Assembly (NCBI RefSeq): GCF_026210795.1 | Contig: NC_089429.1 | Coordinates: forward strand, 3,596,001-3,660,000 | From: Rhizophagus irregularis | Taxonomy: Eukaryota | Direction of reading: 5' to 3' | DNA length: 64,000 nucleotides | Shown: positions 51,649 through 64,000 of the stretch, piece after piece | How positions within the stretch are numbered: the stretch's first letter is position 1 | How the letters are laid out: each line of letters opens with the position of its first letter | The notes under the pieces: model-generated | Told to the model about the DNA's origin: nothing | Databases searched by the model: none | The model's input: the letters and a program-made list of their open reading frames with translations, nothing else | Translations under genes and position numbers: made by a program

Positions 51649-54600
51649 CAGAGTTGGATTTGGACAATGTCCAATTTCTAGAATTGGACATTTGGACAAT
51701 TTCCAAATGGACATATGTCCAGTTGTCCAATTGGTTAATTGGACATCGTTGGATTAAATGTGTCCAATTGGACATATGGACATATGTCCAAATCCAATTG
51801 GAGATCCAATTGGACATATCCAATTAATAAATTATAGTGTAACAATGATAATCTCGTTTTTTTTCTACTTCGACTTTGACTATTTTTTTCTCATTAGAAA
51901 ACATGCCTCCTCCAAAACATTCCTATACTAAGTACATTACAGTTTTAAATGAAAAAGCAAATAAATTTAATTATTTTGCTTTGTGTTGCTATTGCAAAGC
52001 CAAAATTACAAACACAAAAAGGCTAGTAATTTCTCATTTAAAGTCTTGTAATAAATTTAAGGAACAGTATTCCGAAAATGAAAGAAATAGAATACTTTTT
52101 TCTGAGAGATATGAAGAGATTCAAGAAAAAGATCAAACTGAAGGAGAATCATCTTTTTCTCATGAACAAAATTTTTCTTTTCCCTCTTCCTCTCTATCAC
52201 ACCATTCCTCTTTTTCGTCTTCCTCTTTATCACACCGTTCCTCTTTTTCCGCTTCCTCTTTATCACAACATTCACACGGTATATTTTTTAAAAAATCATT
52301 TATAATTTATTTGGTTAATTAATTTATACTAATCTAAATTTATATTTCAGAATTTGAAATTAGTACTGAAGAAGAATCTGCTAATAAAAAAAGAAAAACA
52401 AAAATTACGTACTATATGCCTCGGCCAACTCCTCTTTCTAAGCAAGAATATACTCAATGGGAAGATTTAGTATTGAATTCTACTATAGATAATGGGTGGT
52501 CATTTAGATGGGTTGAAAATCAATCAAGTCAAAAAATGATTAATTTTGCAAATCCAGGATTGAAATTACCTAGTCAAAAAGTACTAGCAGGTCATATTCT
52601 GAATACAAATTCAGAACATATTAAAAAATCTTTAATTGATACTGCACAAAAAGATGAACTTGGAGTTACTATATGTTTTGATGGATGGAAAAATGTCAAA
52701 AAGCAAGAAATTATGGGATCAGTTTTAATTACTTCTGATGGACAAGTTTTAGTATGGGGAGGAGAAGATATAAGCAGAAATCGTGTTCAATGGGAGGAAA
52801 TTAAAGAATTTACATTAAATTTTTTAAGTGATTTAGATAAACAGAATATCAAATACAATGCTGTAATTACTGATTCTGCATCTTCAAATCAAGCTGCAAG
52901 GTATGTTAAATTGTTAATAGTAAATCTTAATGATTTAAATTAATAATCACAATTCGCAAAATATTAACTTTTTTTTTATAATTTACAGAAAACGATTGGC
53001 ACCAGAGCAGCGAGACATTTTTTTTGGCCCCTGTTTTGCCTATCAAGCTAACCTAATTGTTGGAGAAATCTTTAAAGAATCTCCTAATTTGATTAATGCA
53101 TCTGAAAAGGCCATTCAAATTATTACATACCTTAACAGATCAGTTTACTTTATGGCTAGATTACGTGATGAGCAAAAAATCAAATATAATAAATATCTTG
53201 CTCTTCTTCTTCCATGTGCTACGCGTTGGAATTCTCATTATCATTGCTATTTCAGTTTAATACGAACAAAGGCAGCTTTAAAGGTATGTAAAATTTAAAA
53301 TACTTAATAAAATTAGCTTTTAATTTTATTTTTTTACACACATGCATATTTTTTTAGGTACTTATTTCAAAATATGCTCCTGAAGAATTTGATCAAGAAG
53401 ATGAAGCAATTTACCATTCTGGTTAAGAAGATGAAACGCGAAATAATAAAACTTTGCCGCTTGATATCTGCAAAACTATTGATAATGATATTTGGTGGAG
53501 AGAAATTAAGCAATTAGAAAAGCTTCTATATCCTTTTTGTGGAGTGTTAAACAAATTACAAGCAGAAAATGCTCATCTCCATGATGTACTTCATGGATTT
53601 GCTTATTTTTACAAAATGTGGCAAGAATATTCTGATCAAGATTTAGGTAAAAAAATGGCTGCGCGTTTAGAAAAACGATGGGATATTTGGGAACAGCCCT
53701 TATTATTAATTTCTTTTCTTCTCCACTCTGAATATCGGAATAATCTTTTTATTCAAAGTAATCAATCAATTTCTTTTGCTCAATTGAGTGAATGGATGAT
53801 TTACTATTTCTGTGCTTGGTTTAAACGATTACCTACCTCACTATTGGGAGAGTTGCAGAGTTATCGAAAACAAGATTTTCCATTTAATAATATGTCATTA
53901 AAACAATTTCGTAATGGTGTACTTGGGTTTTGGGATTTTACATCTGCTTATGCACCAGATTTAAGTGCATTTTCTACTAAAATATATGCTATTTGTATTA
54001 ATACTGCCTCGGTTGAAAGACTTTTTTCTTCCATGGGCTTTTTTCATATGAATAAAAGAAACCGCTTGGGTGTATGAAATTTACCTTAAATTTTTATTTA
54101 TTGACATTTTTTTAGCATATTTAATCATTTGGCTTTCTTAACTGTTATAACTTATAATGTTATTACAGTCAGAAAAAGTTCTTGCTATGAGTCAAATAAA
54201 GGGAGAATTTCAACGGTAAAAACGACTGGAAAATATTATGAGTGCAAATAAAAAACTCAAAGATACAAACATTGCAATTCCAGTTGTTCAAGAACAGCAA
54301 GATGACGACCAATTTAATGTATCCGATAATGATGATGATTTTTTAAATCAATCTTCTGAAGATTCGGAACAAGATATTGAATCACCTTGTGAATGGAGAA
54401 ATTTAATTATTGAATGAATTGAAATGGTAGAAGATGAGGAATCAGAAATTCTAAATCAGGAGGATGAAGAAAATGGTGAGATAGCACCACTTATTGGTCG
54501 CACTATGGATTTAGACGAGATTTTACAAAAGAAACATCCACTTATCAGTAAAAGAGCCAAGTGGAAGTTAGATGATATTTTTGATTTTGAAAAAATTCAG

Positions 54601-55013
54601 CTTCCTACATATTTGACATTATTACGTAATTTTTTTTTCAATTTTTAATCTTTTTTTTAATTTAATTATTTAATTATTTAATTAATTTGTAGATGAAACA
54701 GAATAAAATCAATAAATTGATTACAATTGCTCGGGAAAATATCCAATGAAATAATTTGTATTTACTGTAAATAGGCAGATTTAATGTTGATCAACTGCGT
54801 ACTAGTAATATTTTTTTAAATAAAATTGCGAATTATTTGTAAAGAATTAATAAAATTTACTTTTTAAATCATTAAATTTAAATAAAATTAAATAAAAATC
54901 AATTGGACATTTTCTTATATGTCCAAAAAAATTATTGGACATTGTGGACATATATCCAATTGGATATTCAATTGGATATCCAAATGCTAAATTGGACAAA
55001 TGGTCCAACACTG
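51649..55013 (+). mobile_element. hAT DNA transposon nested in LINE ORF2
   Basis: TIRs CAGAGTTGGA / TCCAACACTG, perfect 8-bp TSD ACCGTAGC, TGGACA/TGTCCA subterminal arrays at both ends. Confidence 0.95.
51903..54706 (+). pseudogene. hAT transposase (BED-like finger, DUF659-type core, dimerisation domain), intron-containing, inactivated
   Basis: CCYC...HLKSC, CFDGW, VITDSAS, TRWNS, NTASVERLFS. The CxxH motif reads CFAY. In-frame stops near 53424, 54217 and 54415. Confidence 0.88.
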
Positions 55014-58000
55014 ACCGTAGCAGTCAAGCTGGATGTGTGATTCAAAATGGATGATTTCTTCATAGGTAAGATCCATGACTGACGAAGAGAGGCTGAATAG
55101 GAGCAAAGAACAGAACTAGTAGCAATTGATTTCTTTGAATAGAAAGATTTATTTATATTTAGATTGCAGCCAGGACAAGGTCGTAGAGTAATTAAATCGC
55201 TCGGACGAGATAAGCAATCTGAAGTCCAATGTAAGTGGAGCGTTTGGGTTGGATCTGGATCTGTTTGCCAAATAAGGGAAGGCCATTATCATTCAGCGTG
55301 ACAATCCAATTCTTCTTATAACCAGAAGGAGGAATGCAAGGAGCAAGTTCTTTTACAATCAGGCTCACAGGTCGTTGTTCAGTCAGAAATCAGTCTTTAA
55401 CAAACCAGGTTTATCTGGAATCGTGACATTAGTAGAGAGATTTTTGTACCACATGGGAAGATGGACATTACCACGCTTTTGAACAGAATTAGCATATATG
55501 ACAAACCAAGAGAGCAAATGTGTTCCTTGAGGTGTCAAAAGTTGCGAAAGGTAGAAAAGGCCACGTTTTCAAAGTCTTGTTAAATTGGCTTTAAATACAT
55601 CCAAAGAAAGACATTGATAAATAGGAGTATGGCCATTGGGATAGGTTAAATCAGGCACAGATGATAGATTAGCGTGCGACAAGCGAAAGGGAGTTGAGAG
55701 CAATGAAGCTAGAGTATTAGCGATATAATCTTGTTTGAAAATTATAAGAGAAGACCAACAAGTCCAATCCAAAACCATCAAGGGAGAAATAGGAATTAAA
55801 CAATAAAATTGAATAAATCGCAACCTATAATTAAATAGTGATTTCAAGAAGAATTTGCTAACAAAAATAAATTAGTAAAATGACTTTGTTGTTGAAATGA
55901 AAATAAATTGATTGATCAAAGCCAAATGCGTTAAATGTTAAATACACCATATTTGGAACGGGCGTGATAATTTGGCACTGTGTTTAACTAAGGCACGAAC
56001 TGAAGAAGTAATAGTGGAGCATTCAGCCTCAGATAAATGTGTGACTTGCATTCGATAATCCAATTTCGGAATCAAAACAGTATTATAAAGATACACCACT
56101 TGTTGAACAGTCAGTTTCGCAGGGCGAAGAATTGCAGAAAAAGAATTACATTCTCGTTTAAGTTGTTATCGGATAAAGTTCCTAGAGCCGTTAATATTAA
56201 ACCAAACTCCTAAAAACCGGAAAGATGAGGACATAGGAATAGGAGTAACAATAATGTTGGGCGTGGAGTTGAGCGATGAAATCGACAAATTAAAGGCTAT
56301 AGGAGACAAATCTCGAGAAGCAGCAACTGCATTAGTGGCTAAAACATATTTGTTATGGTTGGCTGAGGTATTGTTTAAACAATAAAATTCTTCAGTAATA
56401 GACAACATATGTTCCATTCCTTCTTTAGAAGAAGAGATTAAAGTAGAATCATCCATGAACACCAAATTATTAATTTCTAAAACATCCGGAGAACAAGAAT
56501 TTGATGAAACAGTATAGGGAGCCAATGGAGAGATCAAACAATAAGAGTCTTTCTTCTCATTTCTAAGAGTTGTAAGTAGAGGGTCTAAATAAATAACCCA
56601 TAAAAGTGGAGAGATAACTTCACCTTGGTCTATTCCAATTCTAACTCTATATGGTGGAATAGGGCCATGTGCAGTAATGACACGGTTAAAATGTGACATA
56701 AATAAAGAGAGTAAGAATTGAATTGCATTTTGAGGCAAACGTAAACGTTGAAGAGCAAAACGCAACATAGATAAATCCACAGAGTCAAATGCTTTTGAAA
56801 TGTCTTAAGAAAGAATCCATAAGGGTTGTTTAGTAACTACCGAATCATGGATGATGGATTCACGAGTAATAATAGGATCACGGTAGGACCCTCCAGGTAA
56901 ACCTGCAAAATTACCGCCTTGGAGAACATGGTGGGAGGCAAGCAAAGGAGCGAGACGATTGTAAAAAAGTTTAACCAAAGCCTTACGAATCACCTCCAAT
57001 AAAGTGATAGAACGTGTATTTTTAAGTTGCATTTCCATTCATGCGGTTTAGGAATAGGAAAAACAGTAGCTTGTCTCCATAGATCAGGGATATTTGCTTC
57101 TGATAAACAAGCACAAATTAAGTTGAAAAGCAAGGTAGAAGCAGAAGGGCCTAGGTGTTTTAACATCTTGTACGAGATCATAGAAGGATCTGGGGCTTTA
57201 TCGTTAGGCATGGAGGAAATTGTTGAGGACCATTCATCAAGGGTAGGAGGATCCATTAGTGAATCAAAAATAGCTGGAGAAACATCAGCAAGTGGGGTAT
57301 AAGCATTAGACCATCGTTCAGGCAAATCCTGTATGGAAGAAGGAGGAGTAGAAGTAATGGGAACAAAGTTTTGAAAATGATCAATAACTTCTTGATCAAT
57401 AGCATCTGGAGAAGTTAATAAAGTAGGGTGTGTTGGATGATCAATGAAGACACGATCAAGAACTATTCATCATCTGGTTCGTGACAAAGCAGACTCAATA
57501 AAAGTGGAAATATCATTGGTGAAGTTATCATTCCGAGCATCAATTTTTGCCTGAATAGAGGAAGCTTGAAATTCTTTTTCTTTAAGCAAAAGTAGGCTTC
57601 ACAAAAGCAAAGTCATATTCTCTATCATTTGAAGTAAATTAACAAAATCATCAATTCTTTCATCTCGAAGAAGGGGAGGAAGGATAATAGGCGTAACAAA
57701 TGTTTGTTTATAAAGGGATAAAAGATTGTTAAGACGTATATAGTATAAAGACCATTTGGTTTCATGATGAATAGAATATGATGTAGGAGTCTTATGAAGG
57801 GAACGAATAGTCTTAGCCACTTTAGACAAAAATCTATAAGACTGGCATAAACTTTCCAAGTCTTTAGGCTTCTTCAGAATATAAGTATTGCCCACAGTAA
57901 CTGAAGGCAATGTGAAATTAGCGGCTTTGATAATTCTAGAATGGAGATATTCACACTTCTGATTGAGAGGCCAAGCGTCAAAAATAAGTGGATCAATTGG

Positions 58001-59070
58001 ACATAATTTATCCAAATGATCAGCAAAAACAATCCACTGTTCAGTAGAAATCGAATCGTATTTAAAAACACGTCGAGTATTACGACCAAGTTGACGAGCA
58101 CGTGCAGGTTTAATAGCATCTGATAATAATGAAACATCAAAATATGTAATAATAGGGTTATGGTCAGAAATGCGTAAATCATGAGCATCAAAGATAGAAG
58201 CTGTTAACATATAACGACGAAGAAGCGGGCAAGACCAAATAAAGTCAATGCGGGTAATAGTGTCCAAATGGTGATAAGTACCTAAGGTACCGGATAGGTT
58301 AAGGGGGGTGCAATCCTCATAATTATGAGAAAGCAAATAGTGAAATAATTTGTGGATTCGTTTAGCAGCAACCTGAGGTTGATGCAGAAAGATAGGGTAA
58401 TATTTATCCAAATTCATATTAAAATCACCGCAAATAGCATGGTGAAAATTTTGTGAAGAAGTTTGGGAAAGTAGAGAAATTAATTGATCAATGACTTCGT
58501 AACGAAGAACAAGATCATTTGTAGGGGGAATATAGACAACAAATATACGCAATTTAACATTGCCTTTAAAAAATAAATCTACAGAAAGAATTCGGGAGGA
58601 ATGGGATTGATAAAATTGAACGTGAGTGGCTAAAGAGTTATGAATGAATAAAGAAACACCACCAGAAGAACGGCCGTGTTTGGTAGAATCCAAATCAGAA
58701 TGAAATGAAGTATAATCACAGACTCGTTTAGACAAAAATTTCATTTGTTTAGGCGATAGATGAGTATCAACAATACCGCCAAAGGAAATGTGATTTTGTA
58801 AAAAGAAAGAAGAAATTTGGTCCATTTTAAAAGAACCTTGACCAGGAGTTTTAAGACCATTAATATAAAAAGAAGAAATATTAAAAGAATTGGGAATAGG
58901 TGGAGTAAAGGAGGAGGAAGAAAATAATGTATCAGATAAGGGATCATTAAAAATATCACTAAAATCAACGGGGTTAGGGGGATTTCGCACAAAGGTATCA
59001 TAATCTATATTATTGTTCATCATTATTACACTATGATAAGAATAACAGGGTGAAAGGAGAGGATAACAAA

Positions 59071-61226
59071 TTAATCAGACGAAGTGTTATTGACTAAGTC
59101 CGAGGAGGAACTACCAGAAATAGAGCTAATGAATCTTTCAATAAAGCCAGATAAATGATCGAATTTGTTGTCTAAAGATCTTTGAAACGAATAAATTTCA
59201 GCACGTTCTTTATTAATAGTCGCTTCATCAGCAGTTTCGGGAATGGGGGAAGAAAAAATGGTAGAACAGGGAACAGGAACTGTTGGGAAAGAGAGAACCA
59301 GGCCGGAAATCAGCCTGTTCGAAGTGGGCGGGTTGGATTGTGTTAGATAAGGGGGTGCATTGGGTGTTGTCAACAAGCATATGTGAAGAATCATTGGGAT
59401 CAGGTGGGAAAACATCGTCTTGCATATGTCCAAAAACACGAAGTTCCAGCCGGGACATCCTCTGATCAGCTAATTCAAGAGCATGAATTCTAGCACGTAC
59501 ACTAGCCATATCTTTTTGAAGGCTTTTGAGCACTGAAAGGATCTCTTGAATTTGGGAACAATTAGGATCCACCAAGGGAGGTTTATGACCAGATGAATTG
59601 GAAGTAGGGGTACTATTGCGTTGGGAAGTAGAAAAGGAAACTGAACGGTCTTTGCCTTTACGCTCATTAGATCAAAATCGTTGTGCAGGCTGGGTAGAAT
59701 TATTGGAGTTAGAAGAATTGGGCAAAGAAGTATTATTGGTATTATTATTGTGCCGACCAGTAATACTGGCTAAACGATTACGTTGTCAAGAATTAGAATG
59801 ATCTTTGGATTGAGAACGGGAGCGTTGTCTACTGCGATTAGCAGAAGAGTTAATATTATTATTAGGTTGGCCAATATTGAAGCGTTCTTTTAAGTGTGCA
59901 ACAGGATTACGAGTGCGTGAGCGACCTCGAGAGTTATTCAATGGGCATGCAGTAGGAGCGCAGCCGAGTTTGCCGCATCTATGGCAAAGCTTATTTGTAT
60001 TCTCCGGAAGTTCCCACTGGAGTCGATGACCTTGCAAGGTGATTGATTATTCCATCGCAGTGTCCATCATTTGTTGCATTTTAAAAGTGATGTAAGCCCA
60101 TCGTTTAGGTTTGTAGGAATTAAGAGATAGGGGGATATTAACGGCCATAACACCAATTGCTCGTACCAAAGGCGCCAAATGCACATCTTTTGTGTTAGGG
60201 GGGAGCTGGGATAAAACAGCGACGAATTCACGTCGTGATTTCTTTTGTTCAAGGGTGAGAGAGCATGGCGTAACGCGTAAATAAGTGGAATAACAATAGA
60301 TCGCCCATTGTTTATCCGAGAAATGTTGGATGGAGGAAGCATCATCATAAATGATACGAGCTTGTTGGACTTTGGCATTGGTACGTGTATGAAGGCGACA
60401 GGATTGTATATTACCATACTTTTTGAAAAGAGCAATAACATCATCTTTTTTGATAAAAAATGGGATGTCAGTAACTTGAATAGCCCGGAGGTCTTCATCA
60501 GTTCAGAGTTGCTGAGGGTCATGTAGAAAAAATTTGAGATTGGCAAGATCATCATGTCGGAGGGAAAGGTAGGCATCACGTTCAGTGGTTGAATTAAAAT
60601 GAATGACTAATCTTTTGAGGTCACCAGAACTGGACATGCGAGCACGGCCAGTGTAAGAGTGATAAGTTTCCAAAAGGAGATTATTAACAGCGTCAATCAT
60701 AGCCCGATTGGTACGATATTTTTTGACAAAATCAGGGGAGGTGTTAGGCGCCGCAGCAGCCTGAAAATCACGCCTAAGAATGGAAATAGTGGGCGTGTCA
60801 AGGGGAAGAGGAGAAGTATCATTGGTATCCATAATGTCCTTATTAGGAGACGCGTCTAAGGGGAAATTTCTTTGTCTTTTAGAGCATGCATGGATGCGTC
60901 GGTACCAGACGCAACAGAACCAGGCGCAGAAGGCGCAGTAGTATCTTTGGGAGGAGGAGACAAAAAATTGTCAGCATTATTTTGTTGAGGAGGAGTAGTA
61001 TTGCTACCTCCAGCGTCAGCCGCTGAGTCGGCGACATAGTCTTCTTCCATAGGATTTTCTGGGAGCGTACGGGTACGTTTGAAAGGGTTGGTTTTATTGT
61101 TTGTTTGTTCATTATCAGAGTTTGAAACGTCAGAGCCAGAGTCTTTATTTTTGTTTCGTTTGTCTTGACGCTTGGCAGGTCCCCGTTAGGGTTATTGCCA
61201 GATTTTTTGTTACCTTTGGGAGGCAT
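59071..61226 (-). pseudogene. LINE ORF1 (RRM-like regions, zinc knuckle, coiled coil), frameshifted
   Basis: Starts MPPKGNKK at 61226; CHRCGKLGCAPTAC knuckle, RGRSR tract and heptad segment LKSLQKDMASVRARIHALE. Confidence 0.8.
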
Positions 61227-62094
61227 TTTAATAGTAAGAATAAGAGATGTGTTAATATGAAGAATAAAAAATTTCTTCTGCGAAATTTTTGACCAAGGAT
61301 CTACAAGAAAGAGTTGGCAGATCGGGATCAAGTCACACTTTTGGCAAATTGGCCCATTTTTCAGAGCTCAAAAAATCGTTTTTTGTAAATATCTTGGCAT
61401 CCAGTAGTCCAATTTTGATGAACTATTTTTTAAATTGTAGAGCTAGATGAGGGCTACAAAATAAAAAAATGTTCATTAAAATTGAATCACTGGATGCTAA
61501 GATATTTACAAAAAACGATTTTTTGAGTTTTAGCAAAAAGGGGTGTTTTTGGCCAAAAGTCCATTATAACCTTTATATTAGATATTCAGGGTCCTATTAT
61601 AAATTTTAAAATTGTGAATATTATATGCTGAAAATTTGGTGTAAGAATTTTATTGTTTTTTATTGTTTAAGATAAAATTATACATAAAAATAAAAAAATA
61701 AACAAAATTTTAAATATTTTCGTTTAATTGTAAAAAATGTAATTTTGATTATCAAGATGTAAATTATAAGTTTTGGAAAATTTCGTATATTTTAGGTAAG
61801 TTTTGGTATTTTGGACTTGATTGATTTTTCTGAAACTGGTTTTACCATTTCAGTTTCAGCATATGGTAAAACCTTACAGTTTTGGGCAGTACCATTATTA
61901 GTGAGTTTGTTGATCATTATATGAAGAACATTACTAACGTTTCTTTTCCTTCTCATTTTTAGGAATGGCATCTTTGGACTCTAGACTTTGGCTTGAACTT
62001 TAAAATTGTAGATAAGTTTTTTTGTTTAGTTTTCTTTTTCTTTTTTTTCTTAATTAAAAACATCACTAATGTTCTCTCTCTTTTATTTATTGGA

Positions 62095-62740
62095 TTTTGG
62101 GATGGGACTACTCTTTAATGTTATTTTTAATTTTCATATTCTTTATCTTTGATCATAATTCTTAATCTTTGTGTAATTGTGTTTTTTATTATTTTGTGTT
62201 TTTGATTTTCGCATTCTATAATTTTGGGATGTAATTACTCTTTGATACTATCTTTGATCTTTCTATTCCTTAATTTTGTATTCTTAGTTTTCACGTTCTA
62301 TAACTTTGGAATGTAATTACCCTTTGATACTGCCCTTGATCTTTAACTTTGTGTTCTTGATTTTCGTGTTTTATAACTTTAAGATGTAATTACCTTTGGT
62401 ACTGCCCTTAATCTTTCTATTTCTTGACTTTGTATTCTATGATTTTCACATTCTTTAACTTTAGGATGTAATTACCCTTTAATACTGTCCTTAATCTTTC
62501 TATTCCTTAACTCTGTATTTTGATTTTTGCATTCTATAACTTTGGGATGTAACTACTCTTTGATACTGCCTTTGATCTTTCTATTCCTTAATTTTGTATT
62601 CTTGATTTTTATGTTTTTTAATTTTGGGATGTAATTACCCTTCAATATTGCCCTTGATCTGTATTTTTATTTTTGAGATATTGATTCCCTTTGACATTTT
62701 TCTTGACCTCTGTGTTCTTTATTTTTTAAGATGTAACTAT
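62095..62740 (+). repeat. Degenerate tandem repeat, ~82-bp unit, ~7-8 copies
   Basis: GATGTAA(T/C)TAC anchor at 62228, 62310, 62383, 62465, 62546, 62628 and 62730. Confidence 0.88.
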
Positions 62741-63149
62741 ATTCAGAAATAAAAAAGCAAGAAAAGGAATATTAATAACTTCTCTAAATCATGAAAAAAT
62801 ATAACCTCCAAAAATACTCACGTTTTTGTAATTTAAAACTGAAGTCATTAATCCAGAAATGTTTCTAAACAAAAGAAAGGAACATTAGTAGCATTCTCAG
62901 AACACAAAATAAACTACGAAGAAAAGAAAATACTTACAATGCTGAAATCCAAAGCTGAAATCCCTAAAAAAAAAAAGAAAAAAAATCACTAGTAATGTTT
63001 CCAGAACACAAAAAAAAGGCAAAAGATAAAATACTTACAATGCTAACTGAAAGTCTAAAGTTAAAATCTTTAAAAAAAGAAAAAAAAAGAAAAAAAAAGT
63101 AACAATAGTATTCCTATAACAAATAACACAAAAAATAAAAATAAAAAAA

Positions 63150-64000
63150 TCACATCATATTTTGCATTGCAGAATCATGACATAAAATTCAACCAATAAA
63201 ATTCAGTAGCCATATGATCCATACGACATGTTGCAGGTGGTTAAAAAACAAAATCCTTTATTGAATTATTTCCAAATAAATTATATTTTTTAAGAATAAA
63301 TTTATTTATTTTCAATATATTTATAATATAAAACAACTAGATTTAACTAGAAGGAAATTATCTGGTAGACAGAATCATATAATTCCTTATTACCAGTAAG
63401 TGGAATATTACTCTTTAATATAGCATAATATCCCACTTGTACTAAGTTATACTATCATGCTATAATCTGCATTCCAAAACTTACTAATCAAATTTGATGT
63501 GAAGTCTTTAGTTTTCATAAGCTTGATATAATTGCATTGTATTTTATTTTTTGCTATGGATAATCTATCAGATAATTGGCATCTCTTATGTTTTAAATAA
63601 CTTATATGATCATAAAGTTGATCTTGCAAAATATAATAAGATTTATACCCTTCATCAATAGAATACCATATTTCCAAGTTTACAGTGCAACAAATTTCTT
63701 TATCAGGTATGTGAAGGACTTCTTTTCCTTAAAAATATTATCATTTCTAACTGCTTTTCAAATTTGTTTTACTAATGAAACAGACCTCTTCCTGTAATTT
63801 CTATAAGCTCTTTGAATAAGTTAAGCATTTCCATCTTCAGTTTTAGCTTTAGAGCATTTATTATCTTAATAAAGTTTTATCAAATCTTTGAGTTTAACTT
63901 CATAGCTATATCTGCACCATCCATTGAAATATGTCTTTTTTGGTTTTACATCAGTAACCTTTAAATAGCCATTTCACTTTTGTAAACCCTAGACCTGTGA
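63150..64000 (-). pseudogene. Decayed ORF with IQ-like motif
   Basis: Reverse strand reads ...LIQRAYRNYRKRSVSLVKQI*KAVRND... with stops; ORF piece at 63447-63677. Confidence 0.4.

Larger units (their letters stand above)
50008..59023 (-). pseudogene. LINE ORF2: AP endonuclease, reverse transcriptase, RNase H, C-terminal Cys/His motif; disrupted
   Basis: INGL, ICGDFN, RIDFIW, SDHNPI; KAPDPS, GIDQGEVISPLLW, LVFMDD, FLGVWF; YTDGS, RAE, YTDSQ, VKAHS; HLFLC. Frameshifts, stops and an hAT insertion. Confidence 0.92.
49760..61329 (-). mobile_element. Full-length non-LTR retrotransposon (LINE), ~8.2 kb without the hAT insert
   Basis: ORF1 plus ORF2 (APE-RT-RNase H). Flanked by AAGTCACACTTTTGGGCAAA (49740-49759) and AAGTCACACTTTTGGCAAA (61330-61348). 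Confidence 0.9.
49710..61595. mobile_element. GGACCC-ended hairpin MITE (~300 bp) split by the LINE: left piece 49710-49759, right piece 61330-61595
   Basis: Left AGGACCCCAGATATCTCTAAAACAGGTCATAAG aligns with the reverse complement of the right end, AGGACCCTGAATATCTAATATAAAGGTTATAATG. 61338-61559 is a long hairpin. Outer flanks do not form a TSD. Confidence 0.7.

Noticed and set aside
51599..51823. Trp/Asn repeat ORF (MDMSNWISNW...)
   Set aside because: Translation of the hAT TGGACA subterminal repeats.
49740..61348. LTR or DIRS interpretation of the retroelement
   Set aside because: Terminal repeats are only ~20 bp; an APE endonuclease is present and no integrase, protease or tyrosine recombinase was seen.

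Overview
Very AT-rich eukaryotic DNA with short spliceosomal introns. Gene families and TE types fit an arbuscular mycorrhizal fungus (Glomeromycotina, Rhizophagus-like); this is inference. Layout: (1) 1-18.4 kb is a deep transposon nest, in which a decayed Academ-like transposase ORF is interrupted by a 6.4-kb two-gene CACTA/EnSpm-type element and several MITEs, most with readable TIRs and TSDs. (2) 18.7-48 kb is a gene island: RPC2 (with a GC-AG first intron), a small secreted KR-containing protein gene hit by a MITE, two BTB paralogs, a convergent pair of paralogous unknown genes (PH-like plus PB1-like), DUS3, an orphan ORF and an F-box/LRR-like gene. (3) 48.5-64 kb holds a full-length ~8.2-kb APE-RT-RNase H LINE carrying an internal hAT transposon. 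The LINE sits inside the left TIR of a GGACCC-ended MITE, with a 19-20 bp duplication and no poly(A) tail, making it a candidate sequence-specific, transposon-targeting retroelement. Tandem and intron-like repeats follow. All calls were made by eye, without database searches.
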